Counted from the stretch's first letter, positions 38,320 through 51,849 are shown. The stretch: DNA of 64,000 nt from Scyliorhinus canicula (GCF_902713615.1 NC_052160.1:47024719-47088718); one strand, 5' to 3'. Numbers and translations are program-made. Notes: generated by a model not told the origin, from the letters alone.

Positions 38320-38810
38320 AGTCCATCGGCTGCTGAAACCATCTTCATGCTTTTGTTAACAGTCTTGGTTCTTCCAGTGCTCTGGTGGCAAACCTCCTGT
38401 CTACTGCCCTCGGTAAGTGTGAACTGATCCAAAAACCACTCTCCGTATCCAACCGTATGCCAAGTTCTCTTCATCGTACATTGGCTCTCAATCTAGCAAA
38501 GCCTTAATTTTAAAATTCTCATCTTTTTTGTTCAAATCTCTCCATTGTCCTTCCCTGTAACTTCCTCCAACCCTATAGTCCTCTGAGATTGCTTGTGTAT
38601 CTTCAGTCGTGGCCTCTTGTGCCTCCCAGGATTATTTTGCTTCACCATTGGCATGTATACCTTCAGCTGCCTGGGCCCCACTCTCTGGAATTCTGACATT
38701 GATGCCTCTCTGCCTTTCCACCTCTCTTCCCTCTATGATGTTCCCTAATACTTACCCATTCCAAATGTCTCCTTATGCAGTTCACATTTTGTCTGGTAAC
38801 GCTGATGTAA
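38320..38810 (+). mobile_element. Old L2-like LINE 3' remnant
   Basis: GCTGCTGAAACC..CATGC, CATTGGCTC..AATTTTAAAATTCTC and CTCTGGAATTC blocks resemble the L2 ORF2 C-terminus; heavily decayed. Confidence 0.5.
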
Positions 38811-39153
38811 ATTTCAAAATGTTTACAGCACAGAAGCTGGCCATTTGGTCCATTAATTTCACACCTGCTCTCTGTTAGAGCAACTTAGCTGCCCTCATTT
38901 CCCTATCCTTTTTCTGGATCTGTGCAAACGTTCTCTTAATGTGCTTTTCAAATTCTCTTTTGAAATTGTCATTTTTTACAGTCTGAGAACAGACCCCCAA
39001 GCTGTTGGTGAGACCAGATTAGGTACCAATTAAAGTAGACCAAGTTTGAGATTCAAGACACTTGCACAGTGAAAAAAGCCATAAGATTCCACGGGTTTTG
39101 AAAAATAAAAATAAGCATTACTATGCAAGGTCAGAAAGATAAAACAATTTGCA

Positions 39154-39558
39154 GTGGCTCGTAACTTCATTGGAATGGTAATCAACGGCAGATTACCATT
39201 CCGAGTTAGCTGTGCTTAAAATAGAAAGTGCCTTCCTGACTCACGTTGGGTGAGACTAAAGAAGCGAAGCGCGCCCAAGGTTAGAGTGACAAAGTGCAAA
39301 AGGAACATAGTGAAGGAGGACCCGCCCCCTTTTTACAACATCAGTTGCCATAAAGCAGGTGAGTTTTAAAGCTCCATTGTAAGGGAGAACGCAAGTTTCT
39401 AAGGTAAATAGAGTTTCGAACATCAATGGGATTATAGGGTTTGAACATCAGGGGAATGAGACGTTCGGACATCTGGGGAGAGGAAGGGAGAGTATGGGAG
39501 GTTACTGTGCGGGACTCCATCTGGGTGTTTAAAATAGTTACTCTGAAGTTAGAAGCAC
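39154..39558. mobile_element. Old MITE-like element with subterminal hairpin
   Basis: Imperfect TIR GCTCGTAACTTCA / TGAAGTTAGAAGC; perfect 12-bp hairpin at 39172-39202. Confidence 0.4.
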
Positions 39559-39576
39559 TTTTTTTCCTTCTAACTA

Positions 39577-39775
39577 TTTAGTTCATTTGGCTGAATAGCT
39601 GGTTTGTGATGCAGAGCAAGGCTAAGAATGCGGGTTCAATTCTCGTACCAGCTGAGGTTATTCAACCTCGTCCTCGCCTGAAGTGTGGTGACCTTTACAC
39701 TAAATCACCGCCAGTCAGCTTTCCCCCTCAAAGGGGAAAGCAGCCGACGGTCATCTGGGACTATGGCGATTTTAA
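39577..39775 (+). mobile_element. tRNA-derived SINE (family-B-like head, different tail)
   Basis: GGGTTCAATTCTCGTACCAGC B box; tail hairpin GCTTTCCCC-CTCAAA-GGGGAAAGC. Confidence 0.65.
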
Positions 39776-42246
39776 TAATTTCACACTTCTCTGAATTAAA
39801 TTTAATTTGCCATACAGCTACCCATTTCAGCAATCTTCAATTTATCACGATCCTCCTCTCTTCACAATATTTCCAAGTTTTGAAGTTGTACACGCTCAAA
39901 TCGAAGTATCCGATATACATAAAAAGAAAAGTAGAGGTCCAAGTACTAATTCCCATTAACTCCTCGATATACATTTCTCTAGTCTGAATGTTTGGACTCT
40001 TCTTACTATGTCAAAGGCATTCTATAAATGCAAGTTGTGGTTGATATCCATTCGTGTGCCTTCAGTCTGCTGTAAATGTTGAGAAGAATTCCAGTCCTTT
40101 GCAAACAAAATTTAACTTTTAAAATCAAACACCTATTTAGCTCTTTAAGATTGGCAAAGCTGTTCCAAACATATTACAATCTAACATGTCTCAATGTCAG
40201 TTGCTAGATTAGAGTGAGTTATTTTTCTGCCTGGAGAGAGAATCACATTGGACTGTTGTAGATACGGAACATTCTAAAAGACCCAACATAAATATTTGCT
40301 GGACTTCCGGTGGCGGCATGTCGGAGGAAGTCACAAGTTAGGTGGCTTGATCTTTTAGAATTTAATGCCTTGTCCCGGGGCAATCTTTCATCACATAAGT
40401 GCAGGAAGACATGAGAAAGGAGGGGGATATCCAAAAACCAAAAGAAAACTGTGAAGAAGGAGGCAAGTGAAGGGTTACCATCGAGCGAAAGGGTCAGCTC
40501 GGCAACTGGAAAGATGGCGGAGGCTTGGTGGAGCCGCACTGTTCACAGAAAAGATGACCGAGGTGGAATTTGCAAAGCACATGGAGGTGATGAGGAAAGA
40601 GATGATGGTGGCACTGAAGGTGCTGGTGAAGGAGGCGATTTCCCCGGACAAGACAGCGGTGTAGAAGACATCGGCCGAGGTGTGGGAGCAGGGTGAGAGA
40701 CTGAAGGGAGTGGAAGAGGCCTTGTCACAAACAGCGATCTGGTCACCTCAGTGGGTGATGAGCTGCAGAGGGTGGTGGAGGCCAACAAAGGTCTGCGAGC
40801 AAAGGTGGAGGACCTGGAAAACAGAGCAAGGTGGCAACCCCTGAGGATTGTGGGCCTGCCCGAAGGGGTGGAAAGCCTGAGTACTTTGCCAAATGTTGAC
40901 AGAGCAGTTGGGGGGACGAGGAGGGGAGAGCCCTTCCAGTACGAACTGGTTTGGGCTCATCGGTCGTTGAGACCTAAACCAAAGGCAAATGAACCGCTAA
41001 GAGTAGTGGTTATTAATTTCCATAGGTAACCCGTGAAGGAGAGGAGGTCCCTTGGGCAAAGCAGATGTGGGAGGTGCAGTGGGCTGGAGCTGGTATTCAT
41101 ATATACCAAGACTTAACTGTGGAGTTGGCGGGGAGGCGGGCGAACTTTGGCCGAGTGAAACTGGTACTGTATAATAGCGGTGTGTGGTTCAGCGTGGTGT
41201 ATCCAGCTAAGTTGAGGGTGACCTTCGACTCCAAAGACTTTTACTTTGAGATGATGAATGCGGCGGAGGCATTTGTGAAGGCAGAGGGACTGGGACAGAA
41301 GTGAAAAGTGGGGCTGAGGATTGGTCTTGGACTGAGGGTAGGGGGGATGGAAAATTGTGTATAGTTCTATTTTTTATTTCATGTTATATGTGTTAAATGG
41401 GGTGAAGTTGCCTATTTCGTTAAGGTAGGAGGTTTTTTTTTGCAATGACAGTTTTCTGGAGTCTGTGTGTTTGCACTGGGTTTGTTTGTTGAAGGGGATT
41501 TCTTTGTTTTCCTGGGACCCGGTGGGGGGAGAGGAGTGGGGCCTGGGCAGGGGCCTCCACACTAGTAAACTCAAGCTGGCTAGTGAATGGGAGTGTGATG
41601 GGGGGGAGGGGCTGCAGTCATTGGAGCCTGGTTGAACAGATTTTGATGGGCCTAGGAGGTGTGAAAAGTGGAGGGAGAGGACCGATACTGGGTGAGGTGT
41701 TTTCCAGAGGAAGTGGATGGGTGGATTCTGGGATTATGGCAACAAAGGGACAGGACAGGCCAAGCCCAGTGGGCAGGGCCCAGAGTTATGATGATGACAG
41801 ATAGGAGCAGTTGGGGGGGCGTGGAGGGGAGATCCCTTCCAGTATGAACCCCGCCCCCCTGGTCAGGATAGTTACGTGGAATGTGAGGGGACCAGTGAAG
41901 AGGACGAGGGTGTTTGCGCACCTAAAAAGCTTAAAGGCCGATGTTGTCATGCTGCAGGAGACTCACTTGAAGTTGAAAGACCAGGTGAGTCTCAGGAAGG
42001 GCTGGGTGAACCAAGTATTTAATTCGGGGTTCAACACGGGGGGGGGTAGCGGTTTTGGTGCGTAAGAGAGTGAGGTTCCAGATGGAGAAGGGGATGGCGG
42101 ACCAGGGGTGTAGATACGTGATAGTAACAGGGGTGTTGGAGGTGAGGTTGGTGGAGTTGGCAAGTGTGAATCGTCCTAACTGGGATGGTGCAGGATCTGT
42201 GAAAAAGGTGTTTGGGGCCATTCTGGACCTGGATTTGCACAAGCGA

Positions 42247-42341
42247 ATAATAATAATCCCTTATTGTCACAAGTAGGCTTCAATGAAGTTACCGTGAAAA
42301 GCCCCTAGTCGCCACATTCTGGCGCCTGTTCGGGGAGGCCA
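42247..42341 (-). mobile_element. Family-B SINE 3' fragment
   Basis: CTTATTGTCACAAGTAGGCTTCAATGAAGTTAC..AAAAGCCCCTAGTCGCCACATT shared with 62347. Confidence 0.75.
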
Positions 42342-43537
42342 GTGGGAGGGGATAGGAATTTAGTGCAAGAGCCAAGGGTCAATAGTTCATAGCCGTGCTT
42401 GCTCGCCTAGTTGGGGGGGGGGGGGGGGGGGGGGGGAGGGGGGGGGGGGGGGAGGCATCAGCGAAGGCGCTGACTCGACTTATGAGGGATATGGGAGTGG
42501 TGGACCTGTGGAGGTTTTTGCACCCAAGGGAGTGGGAGAATTCATTTTTCTCCTCGGTTCATAAGATTTATTCGAGGATATACTTTTTTGTACTAGGGAA
42601 GGCATTGCTGGCGGGGGTTAGGGGGCAGAGTATACGGCGATAACAATCTCAGATCATGTGCCGCATTGGGTGGACATGGTATTGGAGGAGGGGGTAGCAC
42701 AGAGATGGAGAATGGATGTGGGGTAGCTGGGATACCAAAGATTTTGTGAGAAAATTGGAAGAGTGATTGAGGAGTACATGGGCTTTAACTCTACAGGAAG
42801 TGTCACAGGCGATGGTATAGGAGGATTGAAGGCGGTAGTGAGTTTGAAGGTCATATTGTTTCTGACCAAGGTGGATAAAGAGGAGAGGGAAGAGCATCAA
42901 AGACTGATAGAGGAGATGTTGGAGGTGGACAGGAGGTACACGGGGGTTGCAGATCCAGCACTTTTCGACAGAAGGTTGGAACGTCAGGCCAGCTTTGACC
43001 TGTTGTCCACGGGGAAGGCGGTACACCAACTGAAACGGGTGGGGGGGAGCGATTTATGAGGATGGGGAGAAGGCAAGACGTATGCTGGCAAGCCAACTTT
43101 GGAGGGAGGCGGCAGCGATGGAAATTGCCCAGGTGATAGGGAGGACCAGATGGGGTTCGTGAAAGCAAGGCAGCTATTTTGAAATATTAGGAGGTTATTA
43201 AATGACACCGGTTGAAGGAAAGGAGATGGAGATGGTGGTTGCGCTGGATGCGGAAAAGGCATTTGATAGAGTAGAATGGGGGTATTTGATGGCAGTTCTT
43301 GAGAGGTTTGGGATCGGGCCAAGATTTACAGACTGGCTACGGCTATTACTTAAGGAACTGATGGCAAGTGATGACAAACAACATGAGTTCAGGGATTTTT
43401 GCTCAGCACCTGGGGGGGTCCAGCCAGGGGTGTTCTCTGTTAACTCTGCGATTTGCATCAGCGATAGAGCCTTTGGCTATCGCTTTAAGGAGCTCGGGAC
43501 TGTAGAAGGGAATAGTACGGAGTTGGTGGAACATAGG

Positions 43538-43708
43538 GGGCTGGATCCTCCGCCGGTGGGATGCTCCGTTTTGCCGGCAGCCCGGGGGTTTCCTGATGGC
43601 GTGGGGCTGCCCCACAATGGGAAACCCCATTGATCAGCCGGCATAACGGAGCATTCCGCCGGTGTGCTAAAACAGAAATGTAGCGCGGTGGGGCGGAGAA
43701 TCCAGCCC
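43538..43708. mobile_element. 171-bp Harbinger-type MITE inside L1 ORF2
   Basis: TIR GGGCTGGATCCTCCGCC / GGCGGAGAATCCAGCCC; TSD AGG; removal restores L1 EHR(M/V)SL. Confidence 0.88.
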
Positions 43709-43726
43709 AGGATGTCTCTAAATGTC

Positions 43727-43926
43727 TCATTTTTTCCAATTGAGCGGCAATTTAGCTTGGCCAATCCACCTACCCTGCACATCTTTTGGGTTGTGGGGGT
43801 GAAACACACGCAAACATGGGGAGAATGTGCAAACTCCACATGGACAGTGACCCAGAGCCGGGATCGAACCTCGGACCTCGACGCCCTGAGGCAGCAGTGC
43901 TAACTACTGCGCCACCGTGCTGCTGC
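43727..43926 (-). mobile_element. HE1-type SINE (A-tail variant) at an L1 deletion
   Basis: Same body as 10317-10548. Confidence 0.85.
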
Positions 43927-44970
43927 GCAGCTCTAAGACTTTGCTAGGAAGAAGGTTCAGAGCTTCCCGATAGCGGGGACTCCCTCATTGTTGGAAGAGC
44001 TCTGACGGCAGGGGGAATGGAGAAGGGGGTTGTGTCGGTGATCTACTGGAGGATTTTGAGGGAAGATGGGGTGTCCATTGAGGGGATCAAAGCCAAGTGG
44101 GAGGAAGAGTTGGAGGAGGTTATGTAAGACGGTTTGTAGTGTGAGGTGGTCTGGAGTCTGAATGCCTCAACCTCATGCGCGAGGTTGGGGCTGATACAAC
44201 TGAAGGTAATTTGTAGGGCGCATCCCACGAGGGCGAGGGTGAGCTGACTCTTTTAGGGGTTGGAGGACTCATGTGAGCGTGTGGGAGGAGCCCCATAAAC
44301 CATGTATAAATGTTTTGGTCCTGTCGGAAGCTGGAGAAATATTGGAGAGAGGTTTCCAATATTATCTCGGGGGTCATCTTTGGAGCTGAGTCCAAAAAAG
44401 ATCAGCCATGATCTCATTGAATGGCGGAGCAGGCTCGAGGGGCCAGATGGTGTACTCCTGCTCCGTGTTCTTGTGTAGTGCATTTGAACTTGGAACCAGG
44501 GCCCCTAGAAGCCATTTTCGGGGTGTCGGACTGGCCAGGGCTGCAGGCGGGTGCGGGGGCAGATGTTTTATCCTTCAACCCGCTGATTGCATGGAGGGAG
44601 ATCCTGTTACGATGCACGTCAGCTTCTCCGCCCTGTGCCTCGGCGTGGAGGGGGGACCTACTTGAGTTTTGGACTCTCGAGAAGATGAAGTTTGAGCTGA
44701 CGGGGATGAAGGAAGGGTTCGACAATTCACGGGGATTGTTTATTATGCACTTTTGAGAATTGGTTGCAATCGAACATTAGGGGGATGTTGGGGTTATTGT
44801 TGTTTTTGACTGCACTTTTTACTGATTATCTTAATTTTTTTTTACCTGGAATGTATGGTGGATGTTTTGATCTGTATATTGAGTGGGGTGCTGTTTTTAT
44901 TTGGGGGATTGTTGTTGTATTTGTTTTTGGTTGTTTTTTCTTTTGTTGTTTATTTGATGAAAATATTGAA

Positions 44971-45127
44971 AATAATAATAATTGCTTATTGTCACAAGTA
45001 GGTTTCAATGAAGTTGCTGTGAAAAGCCCCTAGTCGCCACATTCCAACGCCTGTTTGGGGAGGCTGGTACGGGAATTGAACCCGCGCTGCTGGCATTGTT
45101 CTGCATTACAAGCCAGCTGTTTAGCCC
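44971..45127 (-). mobile_element. Family-B SINE in L1 3'UTR
   Basis: Same sequence family as 62347-62526. Confidence 0.8.
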
Positions 45128-45189
45128 AAATGAGGAGAATAAAAAGATTTTTTAAAACAGTAAGCTTTTGCATCGCTATTTGGGCAATA

Positions 45190-48100
45190 CGGTCTCGACA
45201 CCAGAAACGACAACGGCAAACCCAGCCCTGTCGACCTTACAAAGTCTTCCATACTAACATTTGGGGGCTTGTGCCAAAGTTGGGAGAGCTATCTCAAAGA
45301 CTAGTCAAGCAACAGCCTGACATACCGTACTCTCAGAATCACACCTTCCAGACAATGTCCCAGACACCACTATCAACATTCCTGGCTATGTCCTGTTTCA
45401 CCAGCAAGACAAACCCAACATAGGTGGTGGCACAATGGCATACAGTCGGGAGAGGGTTGCCCTGGGAGTCCTCAACATTGACTCTGGATCCCATGAAGTC
45501 CCCTGGCTGCAGGTTAAACATGGACAAGGAAACCTCCTGCTGATTACCACGTTCCGTCCACCATCAGCTGAGGAATCAGAACTCCTCCATGTTGAAGGAA
45601 GCACTAAGGGAGGCAAGGGCACAGAATATACTCCAGATAGGGGATTTCAATGTCCATCACCAAGAGTGGCTCGGGAGACCTAGCTGGCTGGGTCCTAACG
45701 GACATAACTGCTAAACTGGAACTGCAGCAGGTGGTGAGGGAGCCAACAAGGGGGAAGACATATTTGACCTCATCCTCACTAACCTGCCTGCTGCAGGTCC
45801 ATCTGTCCATGACAGAATCGGTAGAAGTGACCACCTCACAGTCTTTGTGGAGACAAAGTCCCGTCTTCACATTGAACTTGCCCTCCATTGTGTAGTGTGG
45901 CATGATCACCGTGCTAAATGGGATAGATTTCGAAGAGATCTAGCAACTCAAGATTGGGCATCCATGAGGCACTGTGGGCCATCAGCAGCAGCAGAATTGT
46001 ACTCAACCACAATCTGCAATCTCATGGCTCGGCATATCCCCCACTTTACCATTACCACAAACCAGGGTATCAACCCTGGTTCAATGAAGAGTGTAGGTAT
46101 GCCATTCCAGCAGCAACATTGGCACACTTATAAATGACGTGTCAACCTGGTGGAGCTACAACACAGGACTATTTGTGTACCAAACAGCAAGTAATAGACA
46201 GAGCCAAGTGATCCCACAACAAACTCATCAAATCTAAACACTGCAGTCCTGCTACATCCAGCCATGTATGGTGGTGGACAATTAAACAGCCCACTGGAGG
46301 AGGAGGCTCCACAAATATCCCCACCCTCAATGGTCGAGGAACCCAACACATTAGAACTTACAACAGTACAGCACAGAACAGGCCCTTCGGCCCTCAATGC
46401 TGTGCCGAGCAATGATCACCCTACTCAAACCCACGTATCCACCCTATACCTGTAACCCAACAACCCCCCCCTTAACCTTTTTAGGACACTACGGGCAATT
46501 TAGTATGGCCAATCCACCCAACCCGCACACCTTTGGACTGTGGGAGGAAACCGGAGCACCCGGAGGAAACCCACGCATCTGTAAAAAAGACTAGGTTGAA
46601 CCATTTGTAACAACCGTCAGCAGAAATGCCGAGAGGATGATCCATCTTGGTCTCTTCCAGAGGTTCCCAGCATCACAAGTCAGTTTTCTGCCAATATGAT
46701 TCACTCCATGTGATATCACGAAATGGCTGAAGGCACTGGATACAGCAACGGTTATGGGCCCTGACAATTTATCGAGCTGAAGACTTGTCCCCCAGAACTT
46801 GCCACACCCCTAGCCAAGCTGTTCCACTACAGATACTGCCATTTACCAGGCATTGTGGAAATCTGCCCAGGTGTGCAGTATTCACAAGAAACAGAACGAA
46901 TCCAACCCAGCCCATTACCGCCCTATCAGTCTACTCTCCATCATCAGCAAAATGATGGAAGGAGTCATCAACAGTGCTATCCAGCAGCACTTACTCAGCA
47001 AAAACCTGCTCAAGGACGCTTAGTTTGGGTTCCGTCAGGGTCACTCAGCTCCTCACCTCATTAAAGCCTTGGTTCAAACATGGGCAAAAGAGCTGAATGC
47101 CAGAGGTGAGGTGAGCGTGACTGCCCTTGACATCAAGGCAGCATTTAATCAAGTATAGCATCAAGGAGCCGTCAGAAAACTGAAGTCAATAGGAATCGGG
47201 GGAAACACTCCGCTGGTTAGATTCATGCGTGGTGCAAAGGAAGATGGTTGTGGTGGTTGGAGGTCAATCATCTGAGCTCCAGGACACCACTGCAAGAGTT
47301 CCTCAGGGTAGTGTTCTAGGTCCAACCATCTTCAGCTACTTCATCAGTGACCTCCCTTCCATCATAAGGTCAGATGACTGCACAATGTTCAGCACGATTC
47401 GCAACTCCTCAGATAATGAAGCAGTACATGACCAAATTCAGCATGACCTGGACAATATCCAGGCTTGGGCTGACAAGTGGCAAGTTACATTCGCGCCACA
47501 CAAGTGCCAAGCAATGATCACTTCCGACAACAGAAGATCTAACCATCGCCCCTTGACATTCAATGGCATTACATCGCTGAATCCCCCATAATCATTATCC
47601 TGGGGGATACCATAGATCAGAAACTGAACAGGACTAGCCATGTTAATACTGTGGTAACCAGAACAGGGTCAAAGAATAGGAATCCTATGGCGAGTAACTC
47701 ACCTCCTGACCCCCAAAGCCTATCCACAAGGCACATCTACAAGGCACAAGTCAAGAGTGTATTTCACTTACCTGGATGAGTGCAGCTCCAACTATTCTTA
47801 AGACGCTCAACACCATCCAAGACAAATCGGCCCACTTGATTGCTTCCCCTTTCACAAACATTTAATCCCTCCACCACTGACGGACAGTGATAGCTACCAT
47901 CTACTGCCGGGACTCGCCAAGGTTTATTAGGCAGCACCTTACAAACTGATGACCATTACCACCTAGAAGGACAAGAGCAGCACATACCTTGGAACCCCTC
48001 CACCGAGAGGTTCCCCTCCAAGTCACTCACCACCACAATTTGGAAATATATTGCCCTTTGTTGGCTGTGTCAAAATCCTGGAACTCCCTCCTAACAGATC

Positions 48101-48225
48101 GGTGGGTGGACCTACACCTCAGGAATTGAAGCGGTTAAAGAAGGCAGCTCAATGTCACCTTCTGATGGGCAATAAATGCTGGCCTAACCAGTGACACCCA
48201 AATCCCGTAAATTAATTTTAAAATA
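45190..48225 (+). mobile_element. Decayed CR1/L2-group LINE (second family): APE, RT and 3' end
   Basis: NIWGLVPKLGELSQRLVKQQPDI (APE start), VPQGSVLGPTIF, QAWADKWQVTF; 3' end GGCAATAAATGCTGGCC. Confidence 0.85.
46352..46578 (-). mobile_element. 5'-truncated HE1-type SINE
   Basis: Reverse core GGACTGTGGGAGGAAACCGGAGCACCCGGAGG plus CR1-like tail. Confidence 0.8.
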
Positions 48226-50285
48226 CCCAGGAGGACTGAATGAGGGAAAATATGAGAAAATATTAAATAAATTGAAACTCCGTCCCCATTGCAGATCCCC
48301 ACAATTATTCAGTAAAATTGTGGCATTCTCCTACAATATGACTGCATTCATCCCAGGATCAGAGCTATACAAATGAGACTTAGTTGAATTGACATTTGAA
48401 TGTTTGATTTATCACGTTGTACTATTGTTGTGGTAATGGAGATGCCAGCAAGTGTTATCAGCACCATTCAGTATAATGGTTTGCAAAGAAAATTTATGTG
48501 TATGATTTTTTAAAAAGAAATAATCAATTAGTTGCTCATCCTGAAGCTTTGTACTGATTAACAGGAAATCGTCTGGGAATGCTTGCATTTCATGATTGTT
48601 TTTAATAAGCTGCATTTAAATAGAGTTAATCAGCACTGCAACACGGTGTTTCAAATCTACCTTTTAAAACAACAATGCAGATTAAAGCAAGCAGATTTAC
48701 GTAATTCTAATAAACAGCTTAAAGTATTGAACAAAAGAAGCAAAACCGTTGAAAGAGCTGAACAGAAATAGAACATGGAAACTAAATAATATGCATTAGG
48801 ATTTAGAAAATTGTCATGGTTTAAGGCTGTAGTTTGTTTTTTGATCAGTTTTGTTAATTGTTCAGTACTTATAATTATTATTTTCTGCCAGAGTACTATT
48901 GATTGTCTATTTTTCAGACGTGATTGGTTAATGAACCTGTCAGTCTGTTGGTTATTTATCAGTTTATAATTTTGCGGTGTTTTAACATTTCAGAATAGTG
49001 TATGCAACTAATTTTGAATGCCCTTCAGAACATGTAGGCCAATACAAACTTGATTGATTATATTCTTGTTTACCTTATCAGGAATTATAGACCGTGAATG
49101 ATGCCAAAAAAACAAGCCAGTTCAGCCCATTTGCTGCCATCCTTTTATAACACCAATGATACAATCTTCCCCATTTCAGCTTTACTCCACCTGATCAGCC
49201 AAACTGGACTTCAGCCTCAGTATCTCATTCCAGAGGTGTCACTCCTCACAATACAACAATCTCTTAGTTGATGTCCCTGGTATGTGCTCAGTGGATACTA
49301 ATTTATGGCCTTCTATTGATAGCAGGTACCTTGGCATGTGCCATTTTGGACACGAGGTGGAGAATTCCTTAGGCTGTTGGAGGCCTGGAAAATTGGAGAA
49401 AGAGACGTTTTGCCAGTATCCTGACGTCTTTCTGTCTCCTCCCATTTTCCCCAGGGGCAGGTTGTGTGTGTTGTTGGCCATCTGCACAGGTGAGGTGGGA
49501 AGGAAATTCAAGTATTTAAAGAGTGATTTAGGATTTTGCCAGCTATAGACGCAGCGTTTGGAACTCGGCAACTCAGGGGCTGAGTGCACAGCAGGAAGTC
49601 ATTGAGGCCTTAAACGAATATGCACTCAGAAGCATAAAGGGCCATACACCAAGCCATAGATCATCTATAGGCAGTGGCTTGCCATGATAGAAGTAGCTCA
49701 TTGAAACTGCTGTTATTGATTGTGGTAAGGGTGAAGATATTATTGGTTGTTTATGCAACTTAATTTCACAACTCAGCATGACTTCAACCCCTTCTGTCAT
49801 TAAACCTGCCCAGTAACTTCATTGTAGTGTTAATGTAAGCCAATTTGTGACACTAATAAAGACTATTATTGTTAATATTATTATCTACCTCTGAACTCTG
49901 CTGTCCTACTTGAAGTCTAGTCATTGCAATTGCCTCTTCACTCTGCCTTGAATTCTTCTGAACAAAACCTTGGTCTCTGTTCTCTTAACTTTGGGTGTCT
50001 TAAACATTCTTTCTGTCCTAATTTCCTGGTTATCTGGATTGTAATTTGTACTTAAGGAAGCCTACATCTTTGCAACTCCCATCCTGTCCAGTCTTTCTTC
50101 TGGCAGGATTAAGAGGTGTTTATTCCCAGCGGTCCTGTCTCCAACTTCCCCCAAATTCAGCTAAAACTAAACTTAAAAGCTTCTCTACCTTAAAGGCTCC
50201 AGTTGCTAAACAATGCCCACTTGCTTCTGCCTTTTATTTATTCTTCAAGCTGTTGACCTCTCTAAGCACAATAGAAACACAGTTC

Positions 50286-50480
50286 ATAGAATCATAGAAT
50301 CCCTACAATGCAAAAGGAGGCCATTCAGCCCATAAAGTCTGCACCGACCCTCTAGTGGAGCACCCTACCTATCCCGTAATCCAGTAACTCCACCTAACAT
50401 TTTGGACACTGTGGGGAAATTTAGCATGGCCAATCCACCTAACATGCACATCTTTGGACTGTGGGAAGAAACCAGAGGAA
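50286..50480 (-). mobile_element. 5'-truncated HE1-type SINE
   Basis: CATAGAATCATAGAATCCCTACA tail and reverse core. Confidence 0.8.
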
Positions 50481-50752
50481 GTTTATGTTTGTGTTTAACA
50501 TAAATTCCTTGAACTACCTTTGTTTTACTAACACAGCCAAGGCTGCAGGTCAATCAAGTGAGATTGCAAATGACACGAGCAGTATTTAGAAAGTCTTCCG
50601 CAGAGGAAATAAACAAAGGACACTCTCTCCCCTTCTCTGTCTTTTGGAATGAGCATGTGGCCTGGTCCGAGAAGCCAATTCTACCAGAAAGCCTGCCTGC
50701 GAACCAAGATCTCATTATAATTGTAATATCTTCAACTCCTGACCACATCCAA

Positions 50753-51849
50753 GAAAACAGTGGAAAGGTGCCCCAATAGTTAGGTGAAATCCTCTCTGCA
50801 ATATGCTATTACCGAAAAGAAAACAAATGAATGATCTTTTGTCTCATCGCTTTTCTGGAACAGCTAAACGAAATTGGACACTGCGTTTAAAATCTATGTC
50901 TCAAGGACAGTCAAAGAATACTTAATGTGCTTGATGTTGTATATTTATTATTTTTCTTGGGGTTAGTGGTTAATAAATTTGCTCTTTTTCTGTCTCAAGA
51001 AGACCTTTTTTGATTGGTTCCTTATTGCTCATAAGTTAAATAGTTAAATATATTCTGATTTGGAAAAGGCATATCCTAGTGAAAAAGAAACTTTAAACCA
51101 TTTTTGTGATCAGCCGAGGAGATTGAATAGAGAGGAACCAGCTCACCTCTTTTTGGTCCTAACAAAATATAAATATATTTTAGGAAAGGTATGTGCTTTG
51201 ATTCACTTGCAGGTTGATAAAGTGGTGCAGGAGCTACGGCGGTGTCAGATTTTGAAATATAACTGGGAGTAAGTTCTTGGAGAGACAAACTGCATGACTG
51301 TAAAATAAATACTTCCAGAAAGCAATTTCTTCCATGATAAATTCCTAGTAATTCAATACCCCAGAAGTTGATGTTTAACTGAACTATTCCTCTTGCAGAA
51401 ATGGTTAATTAAGATTCTAACTTAATGATTTCAAAATTCTCTGTTTTATTCGTGTAGCTATAAATAGGGTCCCTAAAAGTATACGTTGATGTCCGTTTTA
51501 ATGGATTTGGCCAGGATAGTAGACAAATGTGTTGAATGTATCAATTGGAGTTATAGATGAAATTGTCAGCATATCGATTGCTCACTGCAAAACCTCATGA
51601 AAAACCTAGGAAAAAGACATGCACTTATATTGCATTTAGAATTTCTCATGGAAATCTGAAAGAAATTCATGAGTTTTTTTTAAATGAGTTGCTCATGGAA
51701 GCAAATATGTCAACCATTTTACACTCATCAGAATGCTTTGTCACTCAAAAAGCGATGAGACAAAAGATCATTCATTTGTTTTCTTTTCGGTAATAGCATA
51801 TTGCAGAGAAGATTTCACCTAACTATTGGGGCACCTTTCCACTGTTTTC
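50753..51849. repeat. 102-bp inverted duplication (50753-50854 / 51748-51849), 1 mismatch
   Basis: Direct reverse-complement comparison. Confidence 0.92.

Larger units (their letters stand above)
40301..45158 (+). mobile_element. Older L1, 5' end present, internally deleted and multiply interrupted
   Basis: Starts GGACTTCCGGTGGCGGC; ORF1 remnants (LRIVGLPEG, AHRSL, YPAKLRVT); ORF2 remnants ([23 protein letters not shown]); AATAAA near 45137. Confidence 0.9.

Noticed and set aside
48583-48771. Lys/Gln-rich ORF resembling the next MAD1 coiled-coil exon
   Set aside because: Lacks the expected RLK/EFRK..Y.LTGY motifs and splice signals.
50486-51163. Possible additional solo LTR ending GGTCCTAACA
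   Set aside because: 5' boundary and TSD could not be defined.
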